Below, piece by piece: positions 38,755-48,277 of a DNA stretch of 64,000 nucleotides (its first letter is position 1; each line of letters starts with the position of its first letter). Source of the stretch: Candidatus Ferrigenium bremense (GTDB lineage Bacteria; Pseudomonadota; Gammaproteobacteria; Burkholderiales; Gallionellaceae); contig JAGRPI010000002.1 of the NCBI GenBank assembly GCA_019449635.1, positions 21,749-85,748 on the forward strand. Direction: 5' to 3'. The translations under genes were made by a program, and so were the position numbers. The notes below the pieces were generated by a model that saw only the letters and a list, made by a program, of their open reading frames with translations, was not told where the DNA came from and did not search any database.

Positions 38755-39377
38755 ACGCCAAAACCACCTTGCCGCCAGACTGGAAGCCCGCCGCCTTTAA
38801 CCCAAACTTCAACGCGACTGACGAATTCGAAGAACAGCAATACCAGCTTGACCGCTTGCGTTGTGTGCTCAATGTTTTGTCTGATCTAGCCAGCGCCAGC
38901 GGAGATGATTGCCAGCGCGCCACCGTACAACTACGCCGCGAAGATTTGGCGGGCGTTTTCCTGTTGTTGCGTGATACGGTTGCGGTCACGGCGGAACGGA
39001 ATGAGTTGACGCACAAGCATGTATGCAATCTCTGGGGCTGGGAAAAAATGCAGGCCGAACGCGAATTGAACAATGTAGCAGCAGCGGCCAATGAACGCCG
39101 CAGCGATGGCGAGGAAAACCGCATCAGGCCGACCATGCTGGCGCAGATCATCACGGCAATTAGCGGGCAGCGCCCGATTTTGGGAAGTGACATGAACCGT
39201 ATAACCCAACGGCTTCGCGATTGCGCCGAGGCAGACGAGGATATGCAACCCGCTTCTGCCGCTTGGGAAGCGTTTGTCACGGCTGAAGGCGGGCCGGCGA
39301 TTACCACGTGTGAAGGTTTCTATATCAAATACTATCCGGTGCGTGGGGAAGTTGTCGGACAAACAGACGAAGCCTGA
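38751..39377 (+). CDS. Hypothetical protein (208 aa)
   Basis: Translationally coupled ORF followed by a terminator. Confidence 0.7.
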   Translation: MNAKTTLPPDWKPAAFNPNFNATDEFEEQQYQLDRLRCVLNVLSDLASASGDDCQRATVQLRREDLAGVFLLLRDTVAVTAERNELTHKHVCNLWGWEKMQAERELNNVAAAANERRSDGEENRIRPTMLAQIITAISGQRPILGSDMNRITQRLRDCAEADEDMQPASAAWEAFVTAEGGPAITTCEGFYIKYYPVRGEVVGQTDEA

Positions 39378-39401
39378 CCACGCTGCCCACAACCACACTA
39401 C

Positions 39402-39429
39402 AGCCCCCCGCAAGGGGGCTTTCTCTTTT
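39402..39429 (+). terminator. Intrinsic terminator
   Basis: AGCCCCC-CGCAA-GGGGGCT then TTCTCTTTT. Confidence 0.8.
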
Positions 39430-39628
39430 GACGGGTTGACAATGATTTTCGCCTGACGAAACCAGCAGAGCAGGGCGGCCATAAGTGGGCGAGAAAAGGT
39501 AAGCGCCCGACCGCCCCATGCGCACTATGCCAAGGCATGGAGTCTGCATCTATAGGAACCCGTTCCGGCTTATCCCCCCGCCTTCAGGCGGATACAGTTC
39601 CGCCATAAACTTGAGCAAGGGGTAGAGG

Positions 39629-40018
39629 ATGCGCAGTTTTGTTTTATCGCGGGCACAGGCGGCCAATTATCCGGGGGTGTTTCAAGAGGCCGTGCAGCTT
39701 ATCGGGGAAGAGGCGGCGGCCAAGCTGGTAGTGCAATACGGCGGTGTGCGCCTGTATATCCCGCACACAGCTAAGCCTAACCATACCTTGTGTCAATTGC
39801 TGGGGCAGGAAATCGCGCAGCAGTTGTGTGGTGAATTCGCTGGCCTGACTTTAGATATTCCGCGCGGCTACATATTGCAGGTCGCGCTGCGCAACAAGCT
39901 GGTTATGGCGGATCGCGCGGCGGGTATGTCACAGCGTGAACTGGCGCTCAAACACCACCTGACCGAAAGAACTATCCGCAAAATCGTTAACCGTTCCAGC
40001 AGCACAAACCACCTCTAG
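39629..40018 (+). CDS. mor: Mor/C-family transcription activator
   Basis: YGGVRLYIP, RNKLVMAD...GMSQRELALKHHLTERTIRKIV. Confidence 0.88.
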   Translation: MRSFVLSRAQAANYPGVFQEAVQLIGEEAAAKLVVQYGGVRLYIPHTAKPNHTLCQLLGQEIAQQLCGEFAGLTLDIPRGYILQVALRNKLVMADRAAGMSQRELALKHHLTERTIRKIVNRSSSTNHL

Positions 40019-40031
40019 AAAAGGAAAAATC

Positions 40032-40658
40032 ATGGCTCTTACCCAGCAGGAAATGGACACATTCAACCAGGTAAAAAACATCGTTGCCGCACTGCAAGCT
40101 GAATATGCGGACGTGTGCGCAAACATTGAAGCCACCGAAAAGCAGCTTGCGGAACTGCCGCTGTTACCGGTGCCTGTTGCCGACTTAAAGGCCGCCATAC
40201 TCGACTTTGTAGATGCTCGCGGCCAAGATTATTTGGGCGAATTCGTAAAGAGCTCCATTAAGGATTTTGCGACTAACGCGATGGGTGGATCGAGTGTTTC
40301 CGCAAATCTGATGGGGTCACCTCTCAGATTCAAAGAATTGGAGAGTGCGTGTTCAGGCAATAACGGCGCCATATCTAACGCCCAACTGATAACGCAGTTT
40401 GGGAAAGGGCAGTTTAACGACCTGGCTTTGTATGCGTTTTTTGGGGATATGGTGAAGGCCGGGTTGAACAATGTCATGGCTACCATGACGGATGAGGATT
40501 TCGGTTATGCCAAGTTAACGCCGGAGCAGATCGGCACGGATCGCGCAACCCGCCGCCTCGCTATTCAAGCCGCGCAAGATCAACTGGCCGCGTTGCGCGA
40601 AAGTAAAGCAACCCTTGCAAGCAGTCTGCGGCAGTTGGGCATAACGGTTAATGGGTAA
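40032..40658 (+). CDS. Hypothetical helical/coiled-coil protein (208 aa)
   Basis: AAAGGA RBS; heptad-like N- and C-terminal helices; overlaps the protease start. Confidence 0.75.
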   Translation: MALTQQEMDTFNQVKNIVAALQAEYADVCANIEATEKQLAELPLLPVPVADLKAAILDFVDARGQDYLGEFVKSSIKDFATNAMGGSSVSANLMGSPLRFKELESACSGNNGAISNAQLITQFGKGQFNDLALYAFFGDMVKAGLNNVMATMTDEDFGYAKLTPEQIGTDRATRRLAIQAAQDQLAALRESKATLASSLRQLGITVNG

Positions 40659-41262
40659 AGTCATGAGCGCGCTGGCAGCTTGTACTGCGTCCCCATTGGC
40701 TGGGGCGGAAAAAACTATCCGCCTGATTCCGGCAGGCCTGTTTCGTACTACCGATGGCCGCCCGGCTGGCTTGCCAGGCTGGACACTGACCGCGAGCAAC
40801 GCGGCGGCGATTATCAAAGCCGCCGCATCGAGGGCGGATGATTTTCTGATCGACTACGAACACCAGACCTTACACGCCAGCAAAAGCGGACAACCCGCCC
40901 CGGCTGCGGGCTGGTTTAAACGGCTGGAATGGCGCGAAGGGCAGGGATTGTTTGCGGTAGACGTGCGCTGGACTGCGCGCGCCTCGGCAATGATTATTGC
41001 CCGCGAATACCGCTACATTTCGCCTGTGTTCGGCTTTGACGCAAAAACAGGTGAGGTACAAAGCCTGCGTGCCGCCGCTATTACCAATGATCCGGCATTA
41101 GACGGCCTGACAGATATTGCAGCGGCCAAGCGGCAAGCAAGTGACGTTACGCAACGTAGTAGCATGTCCGAATACAACCGCCCCATGACCCAACACGAGC
41201 GCGACCACGCAAACAGAGTTCTGCGCCATTGTTTTGGCGATGCCGCCACATTCATCAAGTAA
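40651..41262 (+). CDS. Mu-like prohead protease I domain, short (203 aa)
   Basis: LIDYEHQT, APAAGW, VRWTARA, EYRYISPVF, AITNDPALDGL; lacks the long scaffold-containing C-terminal half typical of Mu I. Confidence 0.88.
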   Translation: MGKVMSALAACTASPLAGAEKTIRLIPAGLFRTTDGRPAGLPGWTLTASNAAAIIKAAASRADDFLIDYEHQTLHASKSGQPAPAAGWFKRLEWREGQGLFAVDVRWTARASAMIIAREYRYISPVFGFDAKTGEVQSLRAAAITNDPALDGLTDIAAAKRQASDVTQRSSMSEYNRPMTQHERDHANRVLRHCFGDAATFIK

Positions 41263-41457
41263 CCAAGCACAAAGAATGAGGGGGATGGCGTTTGCAAGCT
41301 TCCATGCTTTCACTTGCAGACTTCTCCGCCCTTCAGGGCAAAGCAACCGGGGCGAGAAGTGCGCCATAGCCCAGGATGCGCCCGCAACATGGCACACATG
41401 GGCAACCTGTTTTAACCGACGCCGACCGCAAGCCCCGGCTGCGCAACAGGTAAAGCA

Positions 41458-41491
41458 GAGGCCGGGATTTAACCCCCGGCCTTTGTTTTTT
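41458..41491 (+). terminator. Intrinsic terminator near the right end
   Basis: GGCCGGG-ATTTAACC-CCCGGCC then TTTGTTTTTT. Confidence 0.75.
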
Positions 41492-41536
41492 GTGCATACT
41501 GCAAAAGGTTTTTGCATGGTTAAACTAGGGCGGGGA

Positions 41537-41609
41537 AAATCTTTCAAATCAAGTGTCCAAATCTTTCAAATCAAGTGTCCAAATCTTTCAAACCATGTGT
41601 CCGCCGTCA
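41537..41609 (-). repeat. Right end with three contiguous 22-bp transposase sites and terminal CA
   Basis: AAATCTTTCAAATCAAGTGTCC x2 (41537-41580), AAATCTTTCAAACCATGTGTCC (41581-41602), then GCCGTCA. Confidence 0.92.
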
Positions 41610-41825
41610 GAAGCATTAGATTCGCAACTAATTGAATGTTTATTGAAAGCACAATATTTGCGATTTAACATAATATACATTATGCGTATTAGGCGGGTCA
41701 GGAACCCGGAATGGTTTCCGGAACAGTTTCGCTCGTTTTGCTGCTCTTCCGTGCCTGGCGGTTCGCCAGAACCTGTTCGCGGTGCGCCTTCGTCAGCCTA
41801 TCGACCGCTTCCGGTGTTAGCCGGT

Positions 41826-43817
41826 TCAATTCTCGTGCGCATCCTCTTTCAGCAAGTGTACGATCAACGATCTGAGTTTGGCTGGCCTGACAGGTTTGTA
41901 TAGCAGATGATGCCCGCTCACGCTGGCCAGTTTCAAAACTGCCGGGCTGGTATCCCCAGTGATTAAAACACAAGGGATCTGTCGATTTTGATGCCGGTGA
42001 ACCAGGCTAACAACATCAATGCCGCTCGTATTGTTGTCCAGTTGATAGTCACAAACGATAAAATCCCATTCCATACCGTTGCGCATAAATTGCTCTACTT
42101 CGGCCACCGATGCTGCCGCACTTACTTGGCAACCCCACGAGTTCAGGATGCTGGCTGTACCAGACAGTACGTCCGCGTCATCATCAACGACCAGCAATCT
42201 CTTATCGCGCAAAGGCGATATTTCCGCCTCCAGCCTTGAGTCGGGCAAGACATGCCCGGCAGCCTTCTCAGTAGCCCTGTCGGAATGGCGAGCGTATTCA
42301 ACTTCCAGAGCAAACACCGATCCCTTGCCGGGCACGGAACGCAGCTCGACACGATGTCCAAGCAGCTTCACCAGACGATCCACGATGGCCAACCCCAATC
42401 CAAGTCCCCTGCTGGTATCCAGTTGCGGTTGGGTCAACTGGAAGAACTCACGGAATACGTTATCCTGATCGATTTTTGAAATGCCGACACCGTTGTCGCG
42501 TACCTCGATGCGCGAAAAATTCCCGCGGCGGCGGCATGCAACCAGAACTCTGCCGTTTTGATATGTGTAGCGTATCGCATTGCTTACCAGGTTTCCCAGA
42601 ATGCGCTCCAGCAGCAGCGGGTCACTGGTGACATATCCGGTGCATGGCCGGATAACCAAATGAATGTTTTTGACGTCGGCGAGCATCTGGTAATCCACCG
42701 CAATACGTTTCAGTATGGCATCCACACTGCAGGTACGCATTTGCGGAATAACCGCACCCGCATCCAGCTTGGAAATATCGAGCAAAGCATTCAACAGTGT
42801 GGAAAGCGCCTCGACAGAATGCTCTATCTGTTCGACCAGGTGTTGCTGTTCGGTGCCGGACATCTTGCGCTGCAATTCGGCAACATATAAGCCCAAGGCA
42901 TGCAGCGGTTGGCGGAGATCATGGCTGGCTACTGCCAGAAAGCGGCTTTTGTCGTGGCTGGCGCGTTCCGCATCTTCCTTTTTTTCGCGCAGAGCCAGGG
43001 TTGCTTCCTCTATGCGCTGTTGCAAAACCACTTGCTCTTGCTGCAGGTGTTCGGTCGTTCTATTTAACCCCTGCGCCAAAGTAGCCAGTTCATGCACCCC
43101 TGTTGACAGGGAAACGCGTGTACCGAGCTTCCCTGCGCCTATCGCCTGCACAGCCTCGCTGAGCCTGCGGATGGGTTGTGTGATTCTGCGACTGGCGATA
43201 TGCACCAGATACAAGGTGATTGCCAAAAATAACGCCGTTGCAAGCAACGCAGTCCAGAACATTCTGGTCTTGTGCCTTTCATGACGAATCCGGCTGATCT
43301 CCACGAGGACTGAGCCTGTCGGTTTGACGGCTGTCTTGGTGCCCAGATCGTCCAACGCAATTTGTGCCGGGACAATTGCGTGGTAAAGCCACAGGCCCCG
43401 CGCAGCGCTTGTTGAAGGATGAAAAACGACGACATGATTAATATTTCCGGCAGATGCCAATAGCAACTGGTTTTGTGCCGCACCCCGATCAATAATTTCG
43501 TCTTTGAAGGTGCTGGAAAACCGGCCCGCGCTGGCCAATACTTCGGAGTTTGAATCCAAAATGACCACACCGCGCACGTCCACCTGTTGCAAAGCCGCGT
43601 TGGCAATATTCTGCAAGAACTCCAGATTGTTTGAAAACACGCCATATTCACTGCTAGAAGCGAGCTGATGGGCAACTAGCTCTCCCTTTTCCAGTATTTC
43701 TTGATCCATCTCGGCAAAACGGTCATGCAGGAAATAAGATTCCAGGCCGATCGCCATAATGAATAATGGAATGAACGTTAACCAGGCAACGTACTGCCGG
43801 ATGCTCAAATATTTCAC
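41826..43817 (-). CDS. Hybrid sensor histidine kinase/response regulator
   Basis: TM segments, HAMP, ASHDLRQPL H-box, NLVSNAIRY, DNGVG, C-terminal receiver (LLVVDDD). Confidence 0.95.
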   Translation of the reverse strand: MKYLSIRQYVAWLTFIPLFIMAIGLESYFLHDRFAEMDQEILEKGELVAHQLASSSEYGVFSNNLEFLQNIANAALQQVDVRGVVILDSNSEVLASAGRFSSTFKDEIIDRGAAQNQLLLASAGNINHVVVFHPSTSAARGLWLYHAIVPAQIALDDLGTKTAVKPTGSVLVEISRIRHERHKTRMFWTALLATALFLAITLYLVHIASRRITQPIRRLSEAVQAIGAGKLGTRVSLSTGVHELATLAQGLNRTTEHLQQEQVVLQQRIEEATLALREKKEDAERASHDKSRFLAVASHDLRQPLHALGLYVAELQRKMSGTEQQHLVEQIEHSVEALSTLLNALLDISKLDAGAVIPQMRTCSVDAILKRIAVDYQMLADVKNIHLVIRPCTGYVTSDPLLLERILGNLVSNAIRYTYQNGRVLVACRRRGNFSRIEVRDNGVGISKIDQDNVFREFFQLTQPQLDTSRGLGLGLAIVDRLVKLLGHRVELRSVPGKGSVFALEVEYARHSDRATEKAAGHVLPDSRLEAEISPLRDKRLLVVDDDADVLSGTASILNSWGCQVSAAASVAEVEQFMRNGMEWDFIVCDYQLDNNTSGIDVVSLVHRHQNRQIPCVLITGDTSPAVLKLASVSGHHLLYKPVRPAKLRSLIVHLLKEDAHEN

Positions 43818-44767
43818 CGCCCCCCCTCCCCGCCTTTATTCATGCGTTCGAGTATTACTTCCTGTGAGTCCAACACAATCCCTAATGAACGTGCGACCTG
43901 TTGATTTAACGAGATACTGAACAACAAAGGATATTGCGGCTCGGGCAATTGCCGGCTTTTTGCAAATGAATCGATCATCTCTCCGGCTTGCTCGGCCAGT
44001 TGTTCAGGCGTGGAGAAAATGGCGCCAAGCGCGCCGGCATTCACGTAGGCCTGCGAGATACCGATCAGCGGAACCTTATACCGGTAACTGGTCAGCAAAA
44101 TGTTGCGCACGTTGTTACTGCTGTATATTTCGCTATCAGGAATGACCAGCAGCACGTCGCTGCTGATCAGAATGTTTTCCAGTGTGTCAAACAGAATATC
44201 GGTCGAGCGGACCGATTTGGCGTTGAGCGACATCCCCCGCGGCAAACGAGGAAGCACAATGTGAGTATTCGGCGAATACAGCACGCCGACGATATTGTGC
44301 TTGGGAAGAGCCGCCTGTATAAAATTTAACTGTCTGCTCCATGGTTGATCGAGGTAAATCGCTGATACCGTCTTTGGTAATTTTTGTGGGGAATGTTTAT
44401 CGAGCAGCGCATCATAACCGGCTTTTGGAACCATGATGCTCAGCAGGGGCGCATTGGAATTGGTAAGAGCAAGCTCCGTCGCTTTCGAACCGACGGCAAC
44501 GATCAAGTCGAACTTTTCGTTGCGGCCAGCCTTGGGTTTTTCGTCAGCATAGGATTCAACCACCACCACATCGGCATTGTTTTTGGCAAAAAACTTGTGG
44601 AATCCGGCTGAGAAATGCTGGTATGGTTGACTAGTATCGCTTAATACCACGGAAACAGTGAGTGAATCGGCGTGAACCGGATTTGCCAAGCATGCAAAAA
44701 ACAAGAAATATATCACCCGCCTTGAAACGAGGCAGTTGGCGAAGCAAAAAGTCAGGATGCCCGGCAT
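43814..44767 (-). CDS. ABC-type substrate-binding-like periplasmic protein
   Basis: Signal peptide; LIVAVG, LLTSYRYKVPLIG, YVNAGAL, SLNQQVARSLGI. Confidence 0.75.
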   Translation of the reverse strand: MPGILTFCFANCLVSRRVIYFLFFACLANPVHADSLTVSVVLSDTSQPYQHFSAGFHKFFAKNNADVVVVESYADEKPKAGRNEKFDLIVAVGSKATELALTNSNAPLLSIMVPKAGYDALLDKHSPQKLPKTVSAIYLDQPWSRQLNFIQAALPKHNIVGVLYSPNTHIVLPRLPRGMSLNAKSVRSTDILFDTLENILISSDVLLVIPDSEIYSSNNVRNILLTSYRYKVPLIGISQAYVNAGALGAIFSTPEQLAEQAGEMIDSFAKSRQLPEPQYPLLFSISLNQQVARSLGIVLDSQEVILERMNKGGEGGR

Positions 44768-44775
44768 GGGTCCAG

Positions 44776-46782
44776 TTAAAAATTAATCGTCACGGCAAGA
44801 TAAGCGCGCCGGCTAAACAATACTGGATAACGGTAAGCTGCCGGATTTGTAGGGTAGTTTGTCGAAGGCACAGAAGTATATTCCCGATAGTTATCCTGGA
44901 GCATATTCTGCAGCACCAGTTCCAACTCACCTCCTCCGATTTTCCCCGGTTTGCCGAACGACTTGGCTACCCTCAAATCCACCCTGCGCATCAGCGGCTG
45001 CAATTGCTGGGCGTCTACCACCTGCATCTTTTCCTGGTGGTAGTAACCGGCACTAAGCTGGATGTCGTGCATAACCTGTTGTGTAATCAAAATGCTTCCA
45101 CTGTCCGACGGTACCGACATAGGGCATACGTTTAAGTAATTATTCTGCACGGTTGGCAAGAAAGCCGGCTGGGTCAATATGCCGGTCAGGGTACAACTTG
45201 CCTGTTGATGGGCATAGTTGAATGTCAGGCCGCTCTGTTCACTCCAACGATATTTGACTGTACCTTCCAGGCCCCTGTAGGTTTCGGACATCAGGTTGCG
45301 GAAACTGTACGGCCTGCCTCCGAATACTAGCGTCGTCGGGTCAACAAAAATGATGTCGCTTACCTGGTCGATATAAGCCCTCGCATCGAGCGTCACTCCT
45401 ATCGCATTGAATTCGCCTAGGTAACCGATCTCTTTTGAGAGGGTTTTCTCGGGCCGCAACCCTCCCGCTGACCTGTAAATAAGCGGAAGGATGGTCAGGG
45501 TTGTGCCAAGTCCTTTTTCTTCCATGATGGCCGGGTTGCGGTAGGCGACAGACGTGCTTGCGCGCAGGGTATGTTGCGGGGTGAGATGATAATTGAGCGC
45601 AACCCTGGGTGAAGTGTTGCTGTGACCCATCCCGTCCTTTTCGTACATCGCACCCACGTTCAGCAAGGTCGATTGAGTCATTCGCCATTCGTCATGCGCA
45701 AAAAGACGCGATTGGCGGAGAGATTGCGGAACTGTCAGATTTGCCGGGCTATCCGCCCGGTCGGAACGTACACCGGCGCCCCACACCAGGCGATTGCTTG
45801 CGCCTAACTGCATGGTATGCTGCAGTTCGAGGTCATGGCGGTCAGCTACGGTATTCTCCGGAAGCTTTTGATCGCTGCCGACATCACTGAAGTCCCGGTG
45901 AATACGGTAGTATTGCAGCCGGATGTCATCGCCTTGCTGCTGTACATGCGACCAGGTGAGTTGTTGAAAATCGGAAAAAGTCTTGGTGCTCCTGAAGGGG
46001 TCGGTTCTTCTGTTCATTATGCCCAGACCCCGTGCGCCCTCAAGATAGCCCAGTTGCAATTCAAAACTGTTTGAACCGTCGTAATGGTAGTTGGCACGCA
46101 GGTTAGCCAGGTGGTCGGCACTGTGATCTTTCAATGACAACGCATCGAAACCGTCGTCTGCACGGTAACCCAGCGTCATGCGGTAATCCAGGTTTTCTCC
46201 CGTATTGCCCAAGTGCGCAGCTATATCGGACATACCGCCGTTGCCCTTAAGAACCGATACGCTGGCGCCATGCAAACTGGACGCATCGCGCGTAATGATG
46301 TTAATCACGCCCTGCGATGAATTTGCACCGTGCGAAGCTGCGGCGGTTCCGCGTATCACCTCGACGCGTTCGATGTCGGCAATGTGCATCGGGATGTCTT
46401 CCCAGTTCACATAGCTGAATGGCGGGAGGTAAACGCTGCGCCCATCCACCAAGACTTGCATGCGGCGCGAGTACTGGTCGAATGTTCCATGATAGGCGAC
46501 GATAGGGGTGTAACCGTTATAAGCGCCGACATACATTCCCGGCACCAGCCTGAACAGATCCGATAGATTGCGAAAACCGGAAGCCGCAATCATCTCGCGA
46601 TCGATCACCGTCATCGCATTGGGCGTTTCCGAAATCGGCTGGGAAAGCCGAGAAGCGCTGAGTACGACGGGAAGTTCCTGAAAATAGTCCTGCTCGGTTT
46701 GATACTCGGCGGCCAAAACGCTTTCGCAGGTCATGCCGATCAACAAAGCGGTCATAGACAACCGCTGTTGGAATCGCTTCAT
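44776..46782 (-). CDS. TonB-dependent receptor
   Basis: Signal peptide, plug (IERVEVIRG...GANSSQGVINIITR), C-terminal Phe. Confidence 0.93.
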   Translation of the reverse strand: MKRFQQRLSMTALLIGMTCESVLAAEYQTEQDYFQELPVVLSASRLSQPISETPNAMTVIDREMIAASGFRNLSDLFRLVPGMYVGAYNGYTPIVAYHGTFDQYSRRMQVLVDGRSVYLPPFSYVNWEDIPMHIADIERVEVIRGTAAASHGANSSQGVINIITRDASSLHGASVSVLKGNGGMSDIAAHLGNTGENLDYRMTLGYRADDGFDALSLKDHSADHLANLRANYHYDGSNSFELQLGYLEGARGLGIMNRRTDPFRSTKTFSDFQQLTWSHVQQQGDDIRLQYYRIHRDFSDVGSDQKLPENTVADRHDLELQHTMQLGASNRLVWGAGVRSDRADSPANLTVPQSLRQSRLFAHDEWRMTQSTLLNVGAMYEKDGMGHSNTSPRVALNYHLTPQHTLRASTSVAYRNPAIMEEKGLGTTLTILPLIYRSAGGLRPEKTLSKEIGYLGEFNAIGVTLDARAYIDQVSDIIFVDPTTLVFGGRPYSFRNLMSETYRGLEGTVKYRWSEQSGLTFNYAHQQASCTLTGILTQPAFLPTVQNNYLNVCPMSVPSDSGSILITQQVMHDIQLSAGYYHQEKMQVVDAQQLQPLMRRVDLRVAKSFGKPGKIGGGELELVLQNMLQDNYREYTSVPSTNYPTNPAAYRYPVLFSRRAYLAVTINF

Positions 46783-46901
46783 ATTCTTATTGCTCCCCAG
46801 TATATTTGTTATCGAGTAAGACAAGATAATCAATTATCGCGACTGCGCGCAATTATACGAGGGGAATAATACGAGGGGAATAATATAAATGGCGTGGATA
46901 T

Positions 46902-46978
46902 TGGGGTGGCTGATGGGACTCGAACCCACGACAACTGGAATCACAATCCAGGACTCTACCAACTGAGCTACAGCCACC
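46902..46978 (-). tRNA. tRNA-His(GTG)
   Basis: Full cloverleaf with G-1, anticodon GTG, CCA. Confidence 0.97.
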
Positions 46979-47060
46979 ACTGATGAAGCAATTAGCCATT
47001 CGGCAGAGCCGATAAACAACATCGGCGAGCCGCTGGTTATGAACTTTGCTTGTCTGACAC

Positions 47061-47137
47061 TGGCGTGCCCGACAGGAATCGAACCTGTAACCCCCAGCTT
47101 AGAAGGCTGGTGCTCTATCCGGTTGAGCTACGGGCAC
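47061..47137 (-). tRNA. tRNA-Arg(TCT)
   Basis: Full cloverleaf, anticodon loop CTTCTAA, CCA. Confidence 0.97.
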
Positions 47138-47309
47138 AATTCTTTTCTCTATAAATCCAGATTTCATCCCAACTGCTGCGTTGCGTAAAAAATTTCTTGC
47201 TTGCATATAAAGCATATGCGGCGCTGCGAAATTTTTTCCACGCCCTGCATTTGGGCGAACTCTGAATTTCTAGAGCCACCCTAGGGCTAATTAAAAAGCT
47301 GCTGAAACC

Positions 47310-47386
47310 TGGTCGGGGTGGAGAGATTCGAACTCCCGACATCCTGCTCCCAAAGCAGGCGCGCTACCAGGCTACGCTACACCCCG
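47310..47386 (-). tRNA. tRNA-Pro(TGG)
   Basis: Full cloverleaf, anticodon loop TTTGGGA, CCA. Confidence 0.97.
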
Positions 47387-47425
47387 AAGGCTGCGCATTA
47401 TACAGACGCAGGCTTATAAATCAAT

Positions 47426-47998
47426 TCAGTTCTGGTATTTTTTCAGTCTGGGCGAGGCCAGCATCAGGTAGTAGCCCATTGACCATAAGGTAAGCAGCGC
47501 GGCGAGATACAGCAGCAACGAGCCGATCATCTGGCAATCGATTCCCAGCAGGTGTTCGTGGTAGAGCAGCAGCAATATCGCGATCATCTGAAAAGTGGTC
47601 TTGACCTTGCCCAGCATGGAAACCGCGATACTCCTGCTTTCGCCGAGCTTGGCCATCCATTCGCGCAACGCGGAAATGGTGATTTCGCGCCCGATGATGA
47701 TGAAGGCGATGATCGCGTCGGCACGCCCCAGCTTGACCAGCACGATCAGGGCGGCGGCCACCATCAGCTTGTCGGCGACCGGGTCGAGGAACGCGCCGAA
47801 GGCGGAAGACTGGTTCAGTTTGCGCGCCAGATAGCCGTCCAGCCAGTCGGTTATCGCAGCCAGCAGGAAGATGCCGGTGCTGACAAAATTTTTCAGGTGA
47901 TGGTTAAGCGTATCGTCGGTCAAATAAAAAACCGTGACAAATACCGGGATGAGCAGGATTCTTAACCAGGTAAGCAGATTGGGGATGTTGCTGAACAT
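47426..47998 (-). CDS. pgsA: CDP-diacylglycerol--glycerol-3-phosphate 3-phosphatidyltransferase
   Basis: NIPNLLT, TDWLDGYLAR, GAFLDPVADK motifs. Confidence 0.95.
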   Translation of the reverse strand: MFSNIPNLLTWLRILLIPVFVTVFYLTDDTLNHHLKNFVSTGIFLLAAITDWLDGYLARKLNQSSAFGAFLDPVADKLMVAAALIVLVKLGRADAIIAFIIIGREITISALREWMAKLGESRSIAVSMLGKVKTTFQMIAILLLLYHEHLLGIDCQMIGSLLLYLAALLTLWSMGYYLMLASPRLKKYQN

Positions 47999-48002
47999 GC
48001 GG

Positions 48003-48234
48003 TTAACGTGAAACTTGCGCAGCGATTCGTTTGCTCCCTCGCCCGCCTGCGGGATAACCAGCGACTTGCCCGCTTAAGGGCTTAGTCGAATGGCTAGTTG
48101 CTCCATCAGAGGGTTGGGGTGGCGACCATGACACGGCGTTGCGAAGCATCCGGGGCGGGAATGGCCGCCTCACACCCGCTCCCGCAAACGGCTGGCTTCG
48201 CCAGTAACGTGTCGCGGGGTGTGAGGGAAACGGG
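48003..48234 (-). repeat. REP/MITE-like element, long form
   Basis: Minus strand starts CCCGTTTCCCTC (identical to 14127-14138) and ends TCGCTGCGCAAGTTTCACGTTAA; internal 10-bp stem CCTCACACCC/GGGTGTGAGG. Confidence 0.55.
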
Positions 48235-48277
48235 CGTTGCGATTTCATCATCTAAGGTCGACGGCTTTCCATGACCG

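Larger units (their letters stand above)
32758..41609 (+). mobile_element. 8,852-bp Mu-like transposable element without virion genes (mini-Mu / candidate satellite)
   Basis: 5-bp TSD GAAGC at 32753-32757 and 41610-41614; terminal inverted repeats TTACGGGGGACACATGGTTTGAAAGATT / AATCTTTCAAACCATGTGTCCGCCGTCA; c-ner-A-B gene order. Confidence 0.93.

Noticed and set aside
2065-41293. GGGGATGGCG(TTT) recurring at 2065, 3511 and 41281
   Set aside because: 10-13-nt matches are expected by chance at these distances, and there is no boundary logic.
41537-41602. CRISPR-like array
   Set aside because: Contiguous 22-bp repeats with no spacers, matching the left-end inverted repeat; these are transposase sites.
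46856-46883. 14-bp tandem duplication TACGAGGGGAATAA downstream of tRNA-His
   Set aside because: Looks like simple slippage; no integrase, att partner or tRNA-derived sequence.
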